Origin: Terriglobales bacterium
GTDB taxonomy: Bacteria > Acidobacteriota > Terriglobia > Terriglobales > Acidobacteriaceae
NCBI GenBank assembly: GCA_049521375.1
Contig: JBEKOW010000001.1
Location: 2,850 to 66,849 of the forward strand
Direction of reading: 5' to 3'
Length of the DNA: 64,000 nucleotides
Part shown: positions 26,714-36,233 of the stretch, piece after piece
Layout of the letters: the number at the start of each line of letters is the position of its first letter
How positions within the stretch are numbered: position 1 is the first letter of the stretch
Program-made: the position numbers and the translations under genes
Notes under the pieces: generated by a model
Databases searched by the model: none
Told to the model about the DNA's origin: nothing
Seen by the model: only the letters and a program-made list of their open reading frames with translations

Positions 26714-27778
26714 ATGAAAAATAAGAAATACGTTGCCTACCTGGTAGTTGTCCTGTTGCTGGTCGCGCTGGTTTATTTGCAGTTCCGCACCTGGCGCAAT
26801 TTTGACTGGGCTCTCCTCTTCCAGTTCAACCTGATCTGGCGTCACATCGTTCATGCCGTTGCCCTCATTTATTTCGCCTACGTTCTACGCGCCGTCCGTT
26901 GGAAGATTTTTCTCCGCCCCGTTCGCAAGGATGCCTCTATCCTCGGTTTAATCCCGCCCACCGTAATCGGGTTCACCGGACTCGCCCTGCTCGGGCGCCC
27001 CGGAGAGCTGATACGTCCCTACCTCATAGCTCGCCATGAAAATCTGACATTCGCTTCGCAAGTGGCTGTCTGGGCTGTCGAGCGCATCTTCGACGTGGGA
27101 GGTTTCACAATCCTGCTGGTGGCGGGAATTTTCCTGCCCTCCAAATTGCATGCTTTCGCGCAAGCCGCCACGCCCGAGCTAAGAGACGGAATTTATCTGA
27201 CCGGGTACGCCCTGGTCGCTCTCGTCTTTGGCTTGCTGACCGCAGCCCTGCTCATGTCCTACCGTGGTGCCCGCATCGCGCACTGGGTCGAAAGCCGCTT
27301 CGCGCATTTGTCGGAAAATCTTGGCCATCGCATTGCCCAGAAAATTCGTGAATTCACCCTCGGCCTCAACACCATTCACGGCCCCTTCGCGTTTTTGCGA
27401 CTGTCGGCCGTCTCGGTAATCATGTGGTGGGTTATCGCCCTCTCGTACAAGGAAGTGACCATTGCGTACGGCGCGCCGATGCACGCCATGAGCACCACGA
27501 AGGTCCTTCTTCTTATGGGATCGAGCATGGTTGGCTCGATGGTGCAACTTCCCGGCGTAGGCGGCGGATCGCAACTCGCCACCATCAGCGCCATGGACCA
27601 TGTCTTTCACATTTACCCCAAAGAACTCGCCGTAAGTTGCGGCATCATGCTCTGGCTGGTCACGTTTGTAGCGGTTGTCCCGTTCGGCCTGTTGCTGGCC
27701 CACCGCGAGCGCCTGTCGCTGCGGAAACTCTCCGAAGAAAGCGCCGAAGCCGAAACGACTGAATCAGTGCGCCAATGA
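26714..27778 (+). CDS. Polytopic membrane protein, UPF0104 / lysyl-PG-synthase-TM (flippase-like) family
   Basis: About 8 predicted TM helices with 'RAVRWKIFLRP' after TM2, typical of the family as I recall it. The start was set at the ATG at 26714. Confidence 0.55.
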   Translation: MKNKKYVAYLVVVLLLVALVYLQFRTWRNFDWALLFQFNLIWRHIVHAVALIYFAYVLRAVRWKIFLRPVRKDASILGLIPPTVIGFTGLALLGRPGELIRPYLIARHENLTFASQVAVWAVERIFDVGGFTILLVAGIFLPSKLHAFAQAATPELRDGIYLTGYALVALVFGLLTAALLMSYRGARIAHWVESRFAHLSENLGHRIAQKIREFTLGLNTIHGPFAFLRLSAVSVIMWWVIALSYKEVTIAYGAPMHAMSTTKVLLLMGSSMVGSMVQLPGVGGGSQLATISAMDHVFHIYPKELAVSCGIMLWLVTFVAVVPFGLLLAHRERLSLRKLSEESAEAETTESVRQ

Positions 27779-27847
27779 CTAAATAATTCAATGATTCAAT
27801 GCCTCAATCCCCTAACTGCTACAATCATCAGTACTCCAGACCAAACC

Positions 27848-28336
27848 ATGAAGTGCCCGTTTTGCGGCTTTGAAAACGACAAAGTAGTCGACTCGCGCGA
27901 GAGCAAGGAAGCCGATTCCATTCGCCGCCGCCGCGAATGCCTCAAGTGCGAGAAGCGCTTCACAACTTACGAGCGCATCGACGAAATCCCCTACATGGTC
28001 GTTAAGAAAGACGGCCGTCGCGAGCGCTTCGACCGCCAGAAAGTCCTCAATGGCCTGATGCGCGCCTGCGAAAAGCGTCCCGTCCCGATCAGCAAGCTCG
28101 AACAAATTGTGAACGAAGCGGAGACCTTCGTCATCGAATCGGCCGAGCGTGAACGCAAGACCAGTGAGGTCGGCGAACTCATCATGAACCGTCTCCGCCG
28201 CTATGACAAAGTTGCCTACGTGCGCTTCGCCTCCGTCTATCTTGACTTCAAGGATGTTGGCGAATTCATGACTGAACTCAAGGATCTGCTGAAAACAAAG
28301 GACTCGGAGCCGAAAGGCAAAGCAGTAACCAAGTAA
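27848..28336 (+). CDS. nrdR: Transcriptional repressor NrdR
   Basis: 'MKCPFCGFENDKVVDSRESKEADSIRRRRECLKCEKRFTTYE' is the zinc ribbon, followed by the ATP-cone 'VVKKDGRRERFDRQKV'. Confidence 0.95.
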   Translation: MKCPFCGFENDKVVDSRESKEADSIRRRRECLKCEKRFTTYERIDEIPYMVVKKDGRRERFDRQKVLNGLMRACEKRPVPISKLEQIVNEAETFVIESAERERKTSEVGELIMNRLRRYDKVAYVRFASVYLDFKDVGEFMTELKDLLKTKDSEPKGKAVTK

Positions 28337-28386
28337 GGGAAGACCGTCGGCTTGGCGAATCGCCAACGACGAGCGGCTTTTTATCT

Positions 28387-29427
28387 ATGACGCATAAAGT
28401 AACCCTGATTCCCGGCGACGGCATCGGCCCCGAAGTGATCCAGGCCACCGTTCGCATTCTCGAAGCCACCGGCGTCAAGTTCGAATGGGAAAGCTTCGCC
28501 GCTGGCAGCGAGGCCTTCGCGAAATATCACGAATACATTCCCAAGGAACTGACCGAATCGATCGAGCGCACTCGCGTCGGCCTGAAGGGTCCAGTCACCA
28601 CGCCGATCGGCGGAGGATTTTCCAGCATCAACGTTGAACTCCGCAAACGCTTCGAGCTTTTCGCCAACTTCCGCCCGATCCGCAATCTTCCGCACATTCC
28701 AACTCGCTATCCCGACGTCGACCTCATCATCGTCCGCGAAAATACCGAAGGCCTTTACTCCGGCATCGAGCACGAAGTCGTCCCCGGAGTCGTCGAGAGC
28801 CTGAAAATCATCACCGAGAAAGCATCGACCCGCATCTCGCGCTTCGCCTTCGAGCACGCGCGCAAAAACAAGCGCAAGAAGATCCATTGCATCCACAAGG
28901 CCAACATCATGAAGCTGTCCGACGGCCTTTTCCTCAAGTGCTCGCGCGCTGTCTCCAAGGAATATCCCGAGATTACCTACGGCGAGCACATCGTCGACAA
29001 CACTTGCATGCAACTGGTCATGAACCCGTACCAGTACGATATTCTGCTGCTCGAGAACCTGTACGGCGACATCGTCTCCGACCTCTGTGCCGGCTTGGTC
29101 GGCGGTCTGGGCCTCGTGCCCGGAGCCAACTTCGGCCACGAATGCGCCATCTTCGAGGCCGTCCACGGCTCCGCGCCCGACATTGCCGGAAAAAACATCG
29201 CCAATCCCACCGCCGTCCTGCGTTCCGCTCTGCTTATGCTTCGCCACATCGGAGAATCCCAGGCCGCATGGAAGATTCGCAACGCCATCGACGATGTCTA
29301 CCGCCATCGCAGCAAGCTGACTCGCGACGTGGGCGGCAACGCGGGAACCTCCGAGTTCGCCGACGCCATCATCGAAGCAATCCATTCGCCGCGCCCGGAC
29401 GCCGCCCCGCAACCGGTCGCGACCTAG
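28387..29427 (+). CDS. Isocitrate/isopropylmalate dehydrogenase family, probably NAD-dependent isocitrate dehydrogenase
   Basis: 'LIPGDGIGPEV', 'LKGPVTTPIGGGFSSINVELRKRFELFANFRP', 'VRENTEGLYSG' and 'NLYGDIVSDL' are present. The 346-aa size and pattern resemble the IDH3-like NAD enzymes. Confidence 0.75.
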   Translation: MTHKVTLIPGDGIGPEVIQATVRILEATGVKFEWESFAAGSEAFAKYHEYIPKELTESIERTRVGLKGPVTTPIGGGFSSINVELRKRFELFANFRPIRNLPHIPTRYPDVDLIIVRENTEGLYSGIEHEVVPGVVESLKIITEKASTRISRFAFEHARKNKRKKIHCIHKANIMKLSDGLFLKCSRAVSKEYPEITYGEHIVDNTCMQLVMNPYQYDILLLENLYGDIVSDLCAGLVGGLGLVPGANFGHECAIFEAVHGSAPDIAGKNIANPTAVLRSALLMLRHIGESQAAWKIRNAIDDVYRHRSKLTRDVGGNAGTSEFADAIIEAIHSPRPDAAPQPVAT

Positions 29428-29550
29428 GATCGAGCCTGGAAGCAGCCGCCCCGGCTGTCCAGGCGAGCACGCCGCAGCTTCTCCAGTCTGCTAAACTGTT
29501 GCGTTCGGAAGCGCGCCAGCCACCAAGGCCGCGCCGTTTTCAGAGGGGCC

Positions 29551-30492
29551 ATGCTGAAGGGAATCGAACTTCCGTACAACCGGGGCTTGCACCGCTTCGC
29601 CATCTTCACCGCCAGTATCACGTTGCTCCTGATCGTCGCTGGCGCCCTCGTAACCAGCAATGACGCGGGCCTTTCGGTTCCGGATTGGCCCACCACCTTC
29701 GGCTCGTTCTACAAAATGCCGCACATGGTTGGCGGTGTGAAATATGAACACGGCCACCGCATGGTCGCCGAATTCGTCGGCCTGCTCACCATCATCCTCG
29801 CCGTCTGGACCTGGCGCGCAGAAAAGCGCCGCTGGCTCCGCATGCTCGCCCTCGGCGCCCTTGCCACCGTTATCACGCAAGGGATCCTCGGTGGCCTCAC
29901 GGTCCTTTTCCTCTTGCCGGCGCCTATCTCCAGCGCGCACGCGGCGGTCGCTCAAACGTTTTTCTGTATCGCCGTCTCCATCGCCGTCTTCACCGGCCCT
30001 CGCTGGATGCAGGAGCAGCCCCGCACCGAATTCGACACTCGCCGTCCAACTCTGTTCACCTTGACTTTGTTGTCGATCTTCGTGCTCTACGTGCAACTCG
30101 TGCTGGGAGCCATGTTCCGCCACCACGGTATGAGCTGGTGGCCGCACGTCGTTCACGCCGGCGTGGTAGCCATCGTTCTTTCCTGGACCGCCATCCGCGC
30201 CATCTCCGTCTATTCCGAAGTCGATGCGGTCAAGCGTCCCGCAGTACTAATGCTCGGACTGATGGTCGGGCAACTTTGCCTCGGCTTCCTCGCCTTCATC
30301 ACCCGCGTGATGTGGGGAAAGGATGCCGCCCAGCCCGAACTCCCCATGGTCCTAGCAACGGTCATCCACGTTGCTGTTGGAGCGGTTCTCCTGGCCACGA
30401 CCGTCGTCCTGGCGATTCAGGTCTGGCGTCATGTTCCCATAGCCTTTGCCGAGCCCGTAGGTGGACGAGAGCGCAAGCCAGTAGCCGCTTGA
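29551..30492 (+). CDS. ctaA: Heme A synthase (COX15/CtaA family)
   Basis: Eight TM helices with conserved His pairs ('YEHGHRMV', 'FRHHGM', 'ATVIHVAVG') and the 'DAGLSVPDWPTTFG' loop. Confidence 0.75.
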   Translation: MLKGIELPYNRGLHRFAIFTASITLLLIVAGALVTSNDAGLSVPDWPTTFGSFYKMPHMVGGVKYEHGHRMVAEFVGLLTIILAVWTWRAEKRRWLRMLALGALATVITQGILGGLTVLFLLPAPISSAHAAVAQTFFCIAVSIAVFTGPRWMQEQPRTEFDTRRPTLFTLTLLSIFVLYVQLVLGAMFRHHGMSWWPHVVHAGVVAIVLSWTAIRAISVYSEVDAVKRPAVLMLGLMVGQLCLGFLAFITRVMWGKDAAQPELPMVLATVIHVAVGAVLLATTVVLAIQVWRHVPIAFAEPVGGRERKPVAA

Positions 30493-30544
30493 GGGAGCCT
30501 CTGCTCCGAGGGCGAAGCTCGATCCGCGCGCCCGATCAACTCAA

Positions 30545-30625
30545 GAGGAAAGGTTCGATCCTGAGCGAAGCGGGATCAGCGAAGCGCGCCCCGCGTAGTC
30601 GAAGGATCCCTGCTTTCTCCACGAT
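30545..30625 (+). repeat. Dispersed intergenic repeat, GTCGAAGGATCCCT family (copy 1)
   Basis: TCGATCCTGAGCGAAGCGGGATCAGCGAAGCGCGCCCCGCGTAGTCGAAGGATCCCTGCTTTCTCCACGATCGCG aligns with the copies at 58411 and 41221. Confidence 0.8.
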
Positions 30626-30685
30626 CGCGAGCCCCATTGTCCACATCCGGATGTCATTCCACCCCTTCGCGTCGTAAAATACGCT

Positions 30686-31714
30686 GTGGACTCAACTGCG
30701 ATCGCCAGCACCCCTATCGACACCCTTACCGAACCTTCCGGACCAGCCATTATTCAGGTGCGCGACCTGATTCACCGCTATGGTAATCGCACCGCGCTCA
30801 ACGGGGTATCCTTCGACGTTCGCCCGGCCGAACTCTTTGGCTTGCTCGGTCCCAACGGCAGCGGCAAGACCACGCTCTTCCGTATCCTATCCACGCTCAT
30901 GGTTCCAACTTCCGGCACCGCCATCATCGCCGGCCTCGACGCCGTTTGCCAGCCGGAGGCTCTGCGCCGCCGCATTGGCGTCGTCTTTCAGGCCCAGAGT
31001 GTCGACGTAAAACTCACCGCCCGCGAGAACCTCTGGCATCAGGGACACCTTTACGGCTTGCACGGCGCCGAACTCACCCAGCGCATCAATGAGATCCTCA
31101 GCCGCGTGGGCTTGCTCGACCGCGCCAATGATCGCGTGGAAACTTTCTCCGGGGGCATGCAGCGACGCATCGAACTCGCCAAGGGACTACTTCATCACCC
31201 CGAAGTTCTGCTTCTGGATGAGCCCACCACCGGCCTCGATCCGGGCGCGCGCCGCGATCTCTGGCAGTATCTCCAGATCCTGCGCGATCAGGAGCGCGTC
31301 TCCGTAATCGTCACCACCCACCTTATGGAAGAAGCCGAACGCTGCGATCGCCTTGCCATTCTGAACGAAGGCAACCTCGTCGCTCTCGGCACGCCGCAGT
31401 CGCTCACCCACGAGATCGGAGGTGACGTTATCCTGCTCGAAGCGCGCGATCCCCGAACCTTGGCCGAAAACATCCGCGCCCGGTTCCACGTCGATGCCAC
31501 CGTCATGGACCAGCACGTCCGCATCGAAATCGAAAACGGGCACCGCTTCGTTCCAGATGTGGTCGAGGCGTTCCCTGGCGAGATTCAGTCCCTGAGCGTA
31601 AGTAAACCGACCCTCGAAGACGTCTTCATCCATCGCACCGGACACCGCTTCTGGAACGAAGAAGTGGATACCGCCGCTGTTTCGGGAAAGAAGAAGGCTT
31701 CCAAGAAGCGCTAG
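30686..31714 (+). CDS. ABC transporter ATP-binding protein (ABC-2/DrrA-like)
   Basis: Walker A 'GPNGSGKTT', signature 'FSGGMQRR' and Walker B 'LLLDEPTTGLD' are present. GTG start. No permease gene is adjacent. Confidence 0.85.
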   Translation: MDSTAIASTPIDTLTEPSGPAIIQVRDLIHRYGNRTALNGVSFDVRPAELFGLLGPNGSGKTTLFRILSTLMVPTSGTAIIAGLDAVCQPEALRRRIGVVFQAQSVDVKLTARENLWHQGHLYGLHGAELTQRINEILSRVGLLDRANDRVETFSGGMQRRIELAKGLLHHPEVLLLDEPTTGLDPGARRDLWQYLQILRDQERVSVIVTTHLMEEAERCDRLAILNEGNLVALGTPQSLTHEIGGDVILLEARDPRTLAENIRARFHVDATVMDQHVRIEIENGHRFVPDVVEAFPGEIQSLSVSKPTLEDVFIHRTGHRFWNEEVDTAAVSGKKKASKKR

Positions 31715-31767
31715 GAAACAAGCGCCGGATCGGCGCTGGTTATTGGTCGTGTTCTGAAAGAATTCCG

Positions 31768-31914
31768 CTAGGAAGCCCGGGGCAACTTCCGTTTTTCTTT
31801 TTCGATCCAGTTGTCGATCCGTTTTTGAATGCCGCTGTCGGCGCATTCCCGCCGGGCTTTTTCCAGTTTCTCAATTTCAGCCCTGATTTTTACGACCTCT
31901 TCCGGTGTCGTCAT
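31768..31914 (-). CDS. Candidate 48-aa coiled-coil protein
   Basis: Translated by hand: MTTPEEVVKIRAEIEKLEKARRECADSGIQKRIDNWIEKEKRKLPRAS. It is below the length cut-off of the ORF track and no family was recognised. Confidence 0.25.
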   Translation of the reverse strand: MTTPEEVVKIRAEIEKLEKARRECADSGIQKRIDNWIEKEKRKLPRAS

Positions 31915-32088
31915 AGCGCGGATTGTACCCTACAGTACGCTAGTGAAGCCGCATTTCGCGCCCTGTCCAGGTTCGGACCCCAAGGGCTGAAATATCGTTT
32001 CTTGGGAAAGTTCGCCGTCAGGCTTCTGAGATTCTCGCGTCCTGTTGAAGTTTGCCCTCAATCGAGACAATGCTGGCCGCGCTGCGCC

Positions 32089-33735
32089 TCAGATTTCCGT
32101 TTTTGCGGCGATAGGGAATCGTCTCCCGTATCCAAACGCTTTCGGCGTTATTTTGATCCCCGGCGCGGCCTGCTGGCGTTTGTATTCGCTGCGTGCCACC
32201 ATCCTAATCACCCGCTCCACCAGCGCCGGGTCAAAATTGTGATCCTGCGATATCTGCTCAACGGACTTGGACTCTTCGACATAGTCTTCAAGGATCGCGT
32301 CCAGCACATCATAGGGCGGAAGCGAGTCAGAATCTTTCTGGTCGGGACGCAGTTCCGCCGACGGCGGTTTTTCGATCGTGGGCTGCGGAATAATTGGAGC
32401 GTTGCTCCGCGAGTTTACGTAGCTGCTCAAACGGTACACCAGAGTTTTCGGTACATCGGAGATCACCGCCAGTCCTCCAACCATGTCTCCATACAGCGTG
32501 CAGTAGCCGACCGCCAACTCGCTTTTGTTGCCGGTCGAGAGCACCAGCGCCCCCAGTTTGTTCGACAGAGACATCAACAGCAAGCCGCGCGCCCGCGACT
32601 GAATGTTTTCTTCGGTGACGTCCGGCGGCATGCCCGCAAACACGGGCGCCAGCGTTCGGCAAGCTGCCTCATAGATTTCGCCGATCGAAAGCAGTTCGAA
32701 GCGGATGCCCAGGTTAGCAGCCAACTGACGCGCGTCGCTGATCGATCCGGGAGACGAATAGGGTCCGGGCATCCCGACGCCAATCACGTTTTGCGTGCCC
32801 AGCGCATCAACCGCAATGCAGGCAGTCAGCGCGGAATCGATGCCCCCGCTGAGCCCGATGATGGCCTGCCGGAAGCCGCATTTGAGGACGTAATCCCGCG
32901 TTCCCAGAACCAGCGCTTCGTAGGCGCTGGCGTCGTCGCCCGCAATTTGCGGATGCATGTCTCCGCTGAGACTTGCCGAATCAAAATAGACCAGGTCTTC
33001 TTCGAACGACTTGCCCTGGGCAATCACACTTCCGCTGGGAGCGATGACGATGCTCGATCCGTCAAACACCAGGCTGTCATCACCTCCAACCTGGTTGACC
33101 ATGGCGACCGGCACGTTTCGATTTTTTGCGATGGCCGCCAGCATGTCCCGCCGAAGCTCGCGCTTGCCCATCCAGAAAGGCGAGGCCGAAATATTGAGCA
33201 CAAAGTTTCCGCCCGCGCGCACCAGTTCCTCGACGGGATCGACGGTATAGAGCTGACGGTTCCAGAAATGCTTGTCGTTCCACGCGTCCTCGCAGATGGT
33301 CAGCGCCATTCGCTTTCCGCAGAAGTCGAAAAGTTGCTGGCTGCGCGCCGGAGCGAAGTTGCGCATCTCATCGAAAACGTCGTAAGTGGGTAACAGCATC
33401 TTCGACTGGATGAACTCGACGCGCCCCTCGCGCAGCAGGGCAGCGGAGTTCATCACGGTTTTGCCCGACCCCGCTTCCGCCGGAGTGACCAGCCCGCAAA
33501 CCACCGCGATCCCCTGGGTCTCAACCGCAATTCGCTCGACGATGGTGCGATTGCGTTCGACAAACGACGACCGTTCGACCAGGTCGCGCGGCGGGTATCC
33601 GCAAACCGAGAGCTCGGGAAACAGGATGAGGCCAGCGCCGGCACCGCGCGCCTGCTGCGCAAACCGGATGATCTTGGCGGCGTTGCCAGAAAAATCTCCC
33701 ACCGTGGGGTTGATCTGGCCGAGGGCAATCTTCAC
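32089..33735 (-). CDS. nadE: Glutamine-dependent NAD+ synthetase
   Basis: The N-terminal nitrilase-type domain ('LILFPELSVCGYPPRDL', 'ALTICEDAW') is joined to a synthetase domain with the 'GLSGGIDS' PP-loop. Confidence 0.9.
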   Translation of the reverse strand: MKIALGQINPTVGDFSGNAAKIIRFAQQARGAGAGLILFPELSVCGYPPRDLVERSSFVERNRTIVERIAVETQGIAVVCGLVTPAEAGSGKTVMNSAALLREGRVEFIQSKMLLPTYDVFDEMRNFAPARSQQLFDFCGKRMALTICEDAWNDKHFWNRQLYTVDPVEELVRAGGNFVLNISASPFWMGKRELRRDMLAAIAKNRNVPVAMVNQVGGDDSLVFDGSSIVIAPSGSVIAQGKSFEEDLVYFDSASLSGDMHPQIAGDDASAYEALVLGTRDYVLKCGFRQAIIGLSGGIDSALTACIAVDALGTQNVIGVGMPGPYSSPGSISDARQLAANLGIRFELLSIGEIYEAACRTLAPVFAGMPPDVTEENIQSRARGLLLMSLSNKLGALVLSTGNKSELAVGYCTLYGDMVGGLAVISDVPKTLVYRLSSYVNSRSNAPIIPQPTIEKPPSAELRPDQKDSDSLPPYDVLDAILEDYVEESKSVEQISQDHNFDPALVERVIRMVARSEYKRQQAAPGIKITPKAFGYGRRFPIAAKTEI

Positions 33736-33828
33736 GTTTCCAGTGTAGAAGGTAAGGCTGCAAATGGTCGAGACCGAAGCGGCTCAGCGGAAAGAGACGC
33801 GGATTGGCTGGGAAGTATCAGGCTTTTG

Positions 33829-34863
33829 TTATTCCGCCGTCGGTAGCCACTGCGGCCCCGGATCTCCCCCCGGCGGCCCGGGAGCCGACGGAGGCGCCAT
33901 GACCGGTACTGCGGTGGGGTTGCTGGGATCGGTCTCAGGCATCTCTTCCCCCGGCCGCCGCAGCGTGGGCGCATTCACAGGTCGCTCCGCCGGTTGTTTC
34001 TTCGCCACCGTCGACTCGCCCAGATCGATCTCTTTCTCCAGGCGGACCGTCTTTTGCCCATCGACTTTCATGGTCTCGACCCGCACCACTTCCTCGCCCA
34101 CGAAGCGCACAAAGTCGACATCCTGCGGCGGCGTGCCATAGATCCATTCCTCATACTCGACGTCGCCGTCATGCTCGCGCAGCCGCTTCGGTGGACGCCC
34201 CTTGGCATAGATCACCATTTCGTGGTTCATGCCCACCAGTACATGATGATGAATGATGGCATCCTTGACCTTCGGAGAAACCGTTTCCAGATAGGCCTCG
34301 ACCGGCGATTTAGCATCGAAATCGAAAACCGGGCGCAGATACTTTTTCAACTCCGGCCCCGTCATCTCAGGCACATACTTGTCAAAATAAACGTCAACGA
34401 ACGAGCCATGCGCGTTCGCGCTCGAGTCGGATGTCGGGTTCCCCGGAGTGATCGTGGCCGTACCTTCGATCTGAATGTGCTGGTACCACTTCTGTCTCTT
34501 GACGGGACCGCCGTTGATCTCAAACCGGATGTGGTCGTCCTTGATGACGATATCGCTGATACGAGCCCGATCCCCCGGTTTGACGGCCGGTCCCCACAGC
34601 GCGATCAACTGCTGGAGTTCGGCGCCATTGGGGGCGAGCGATCCATTCCTGAGCTTCAACCCGGTCTTGCCTTGCGGGAAAGTTGTGCGGATGTAGACCA
34701 GTTCGGCGTTGAAGGCGTGGAGGATCTCCTCGCGTGTCTGCTTGCACATTTTGGGAGGCGCGCTCGGCTCGGAAAACGAAAGAGAAGAGAAAATCAATAC
34801 CGCAAGGACAAGAGACAACGACAAGGAAAAGAGGGATCGACCGCGCAAACGGAAAAACTGCAT
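33829..34863 (-). CDS. Hypothetical secreted protein with a Pro-rich C-terminal tail
   Basis: A signal peptide follows the ATG at 34861-34863. The coding composition is coherent, but no family was recognised. Confidence 0.5.
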   Translation of the reverse strand: MQFFRLRGRSLFSLSLSLVLAVLIFSSLSFSEPSAPPKMCKQTREEILHAFNAELVYIRTTFPQGKTGLKLRNGSLAPNGAELQQLIALWGPAVKPGDRARISDIVIKDDHIRFEINGGPVKRQKWYQHIQIEGTATITPGNPTSDSSANAHGSFVDVYFDKYVPEMTGPELKKYLRPVFDFDAKSPVEAYLETVSPKVKDAIIHHHVLVGMNHEMVIYAKGRPPKRLREHDGDVEYEEWIYGTPPQDVDFVRFVGEEVVRVETMKVDGQKTVRLEKEIDLGESTVAKKQPAERPVNAPTLRRPGEEMPETDPSNPTAVPVMAPPSAPGPPGGDPGPQWLPTAE

Positions 34864-34939
34864 GCAGCACCCCAGGCTCGCGCCCACCATTATAGATCGG
34901 ATTCGCCCGAACGGGGTTGCAAACAGCCGATCCGACCGA

Positions 34940-35971
34940 TCAGGAAATCCGTAGGCCTTCGCGGGCGACTTTCAGTGGCAGCATGCGCCCCCCCGCCCGA
35001 GTGACGGCCTCCGCAACCGCCTGCTTCGCGCCCTCTTTCACCATCAGCAGGACGCACCCCCCGCCTCCCGCCCCGCACACTTTGGCCGCTCGGCCGCCGT
35101 GGCTGTTGGCAACAGCAATCAATTTCTCGATGCGCGGCGTGGTGATTCCGGGAGCATTGGTCCTGCGCAATTTCCACTCTTCGCGCAGCAGGCGGGCCAC
35201 ATCCTCCCAGTTGTTCCGCAGGAAAGCCTGGTGCATATCGCGAGCCAGGGCCACGATCTTGTCGAAGTTGCGCGCCACGTGTGGGTCGCCGTTGATGTGC
35301 GCTTTGAAAACCTCCCAGTTATTGATGCCGGACTGCCGGGGCGCGCCCGTGTAGGCCAGGAGGAAACGCATTTCGATTTCTTCCGGCGCCACTGGTACGG
35401 GAGCGCGACGGATTCCGTCCAGGTCCAGATGAATGGCGCTCACCCCGCCGTAGAGCGCGGGATAATAATCCTGGCAACCGGTCGGCACGCGGATGATTTG
35501 AGCCTCGATGTTCTGGGCGATTACGCGCAATCTTTCAAGCTCGATCTCGCGTCGGGTAAAGCGAGCCAGTGCTGCGCAGGTGGCGATCATAAGCGCCGAC
35601 GACCCCGAAATTCCGGCCCCGGCGGGCGACTCCGAATCGGTTTCCACGCAGAAACCCCGTTCAGGCGCGAAAAAACGCGCGGCGTAAGCGGCGATCGGAT
35701 GCCGGGGCTTGCGGCAGTTGTTCAGTTCGGACAGATCGGCGAAAGCTTCCCTCCGCCCGGTATCGACCGAACACAATTCAATGCGCGTGCCGGCGAGCGG
35801 AGTGATCCGGCACGTGGTCTGAATCTGCAACGCGAAGTTCAGCGTCAACGCACCGGGATGAAATAGGTACAAGGGCCAGAGATCGACAGTCCCGCCCGCC
35901 AGATCGGCGCGGCAAGGCGCCTGCGCTGTGATGGTGACGGTTAGTCCCGCCCGTCGGGCGATTGGTGGCAT
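34940..35971 (-). CDS. GHMP-family sugar kinase (HddA/fucokinase-like)
   Basis: GHMP motif II 'SPAGAGISGSSA', the 'GCQDYY' block and the C-terminal 'KVCGAGGGGCVLL' are present. Confidence 0.75.
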   Translation of the reverse strand: MPPIARRAGLTVTITAQAPCRADLAGGTVDLWPLYLFHPGALTLNFALQIQTTCRITPLAGTRIELCSVDTGRREAFADLSELNNCRKPRHPIAAYAARFFAPERGFCVETDSESPAGAGISGSSALMIATCAALARFTRREIELERLRVIAQNIEAQIIRVPTGCQDYYPALYGGVSAIHLDLDGIRRAPVPVAPEEIEMRFLLAYTGAPRQSGINNWEVFKAHINGDPHVARNFDKIVALARDMHQAFLRNNWEDVARLLREEWKLRRTNAPGITTPRIEKLIAVANSHGGRAAKVCGAGGGGCVLLMVKEGAKQAVAEAVTRAGGRMLPLKVAREGLRIS

Positions 35972-36233
35972 GCAGAGTTTTTATCACGAGCGTGGCATCC
36001 GATGGCGACCGGATCGCACCCCGCCCGCGCAGGGAATCACCAAAGTGAACGGCCCTATTGTCCGAGAATTTGTGTCGGATTCAGCCACTTCGAGCCGATG
36101 GTGACCCTTCGCGGAGGTACTTCGGTAACGGTGAGCTGTACCTTAAGCACCTTAGAGCGCCCGGCCAGTCCAACTTAAAATAGGAATTGTACGGACCAGC
36201 TCTTCCCCGCGCTCGGGCCGCCAGGACTGCCTT

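Noticed and set aside
28381-29412. 343-aa minus-strand ORF antisense to the isocitrate dehydrogenase gene
   Set aside because: It is the same kind of GC-driven antisense artefact. The IDH frame is unambiguous.
30686-31714. ABC ATPase as part of a complete transporter or defence module
   Set aside because: No permease or partner gene is adjacent. A repeat lies upstream, and a tiny ORF plus convergent nadE lie downstream. It is recorded as an orphan ATPase, and there is nothing further to build a system on.
31825-33393. 522-aa plus-strand ORF antisense to nadE
   Set aside because: nadE on the minus strand has the nitrilase and PP-loop motifs. The plus-strand product is Arg-rich and of low information.
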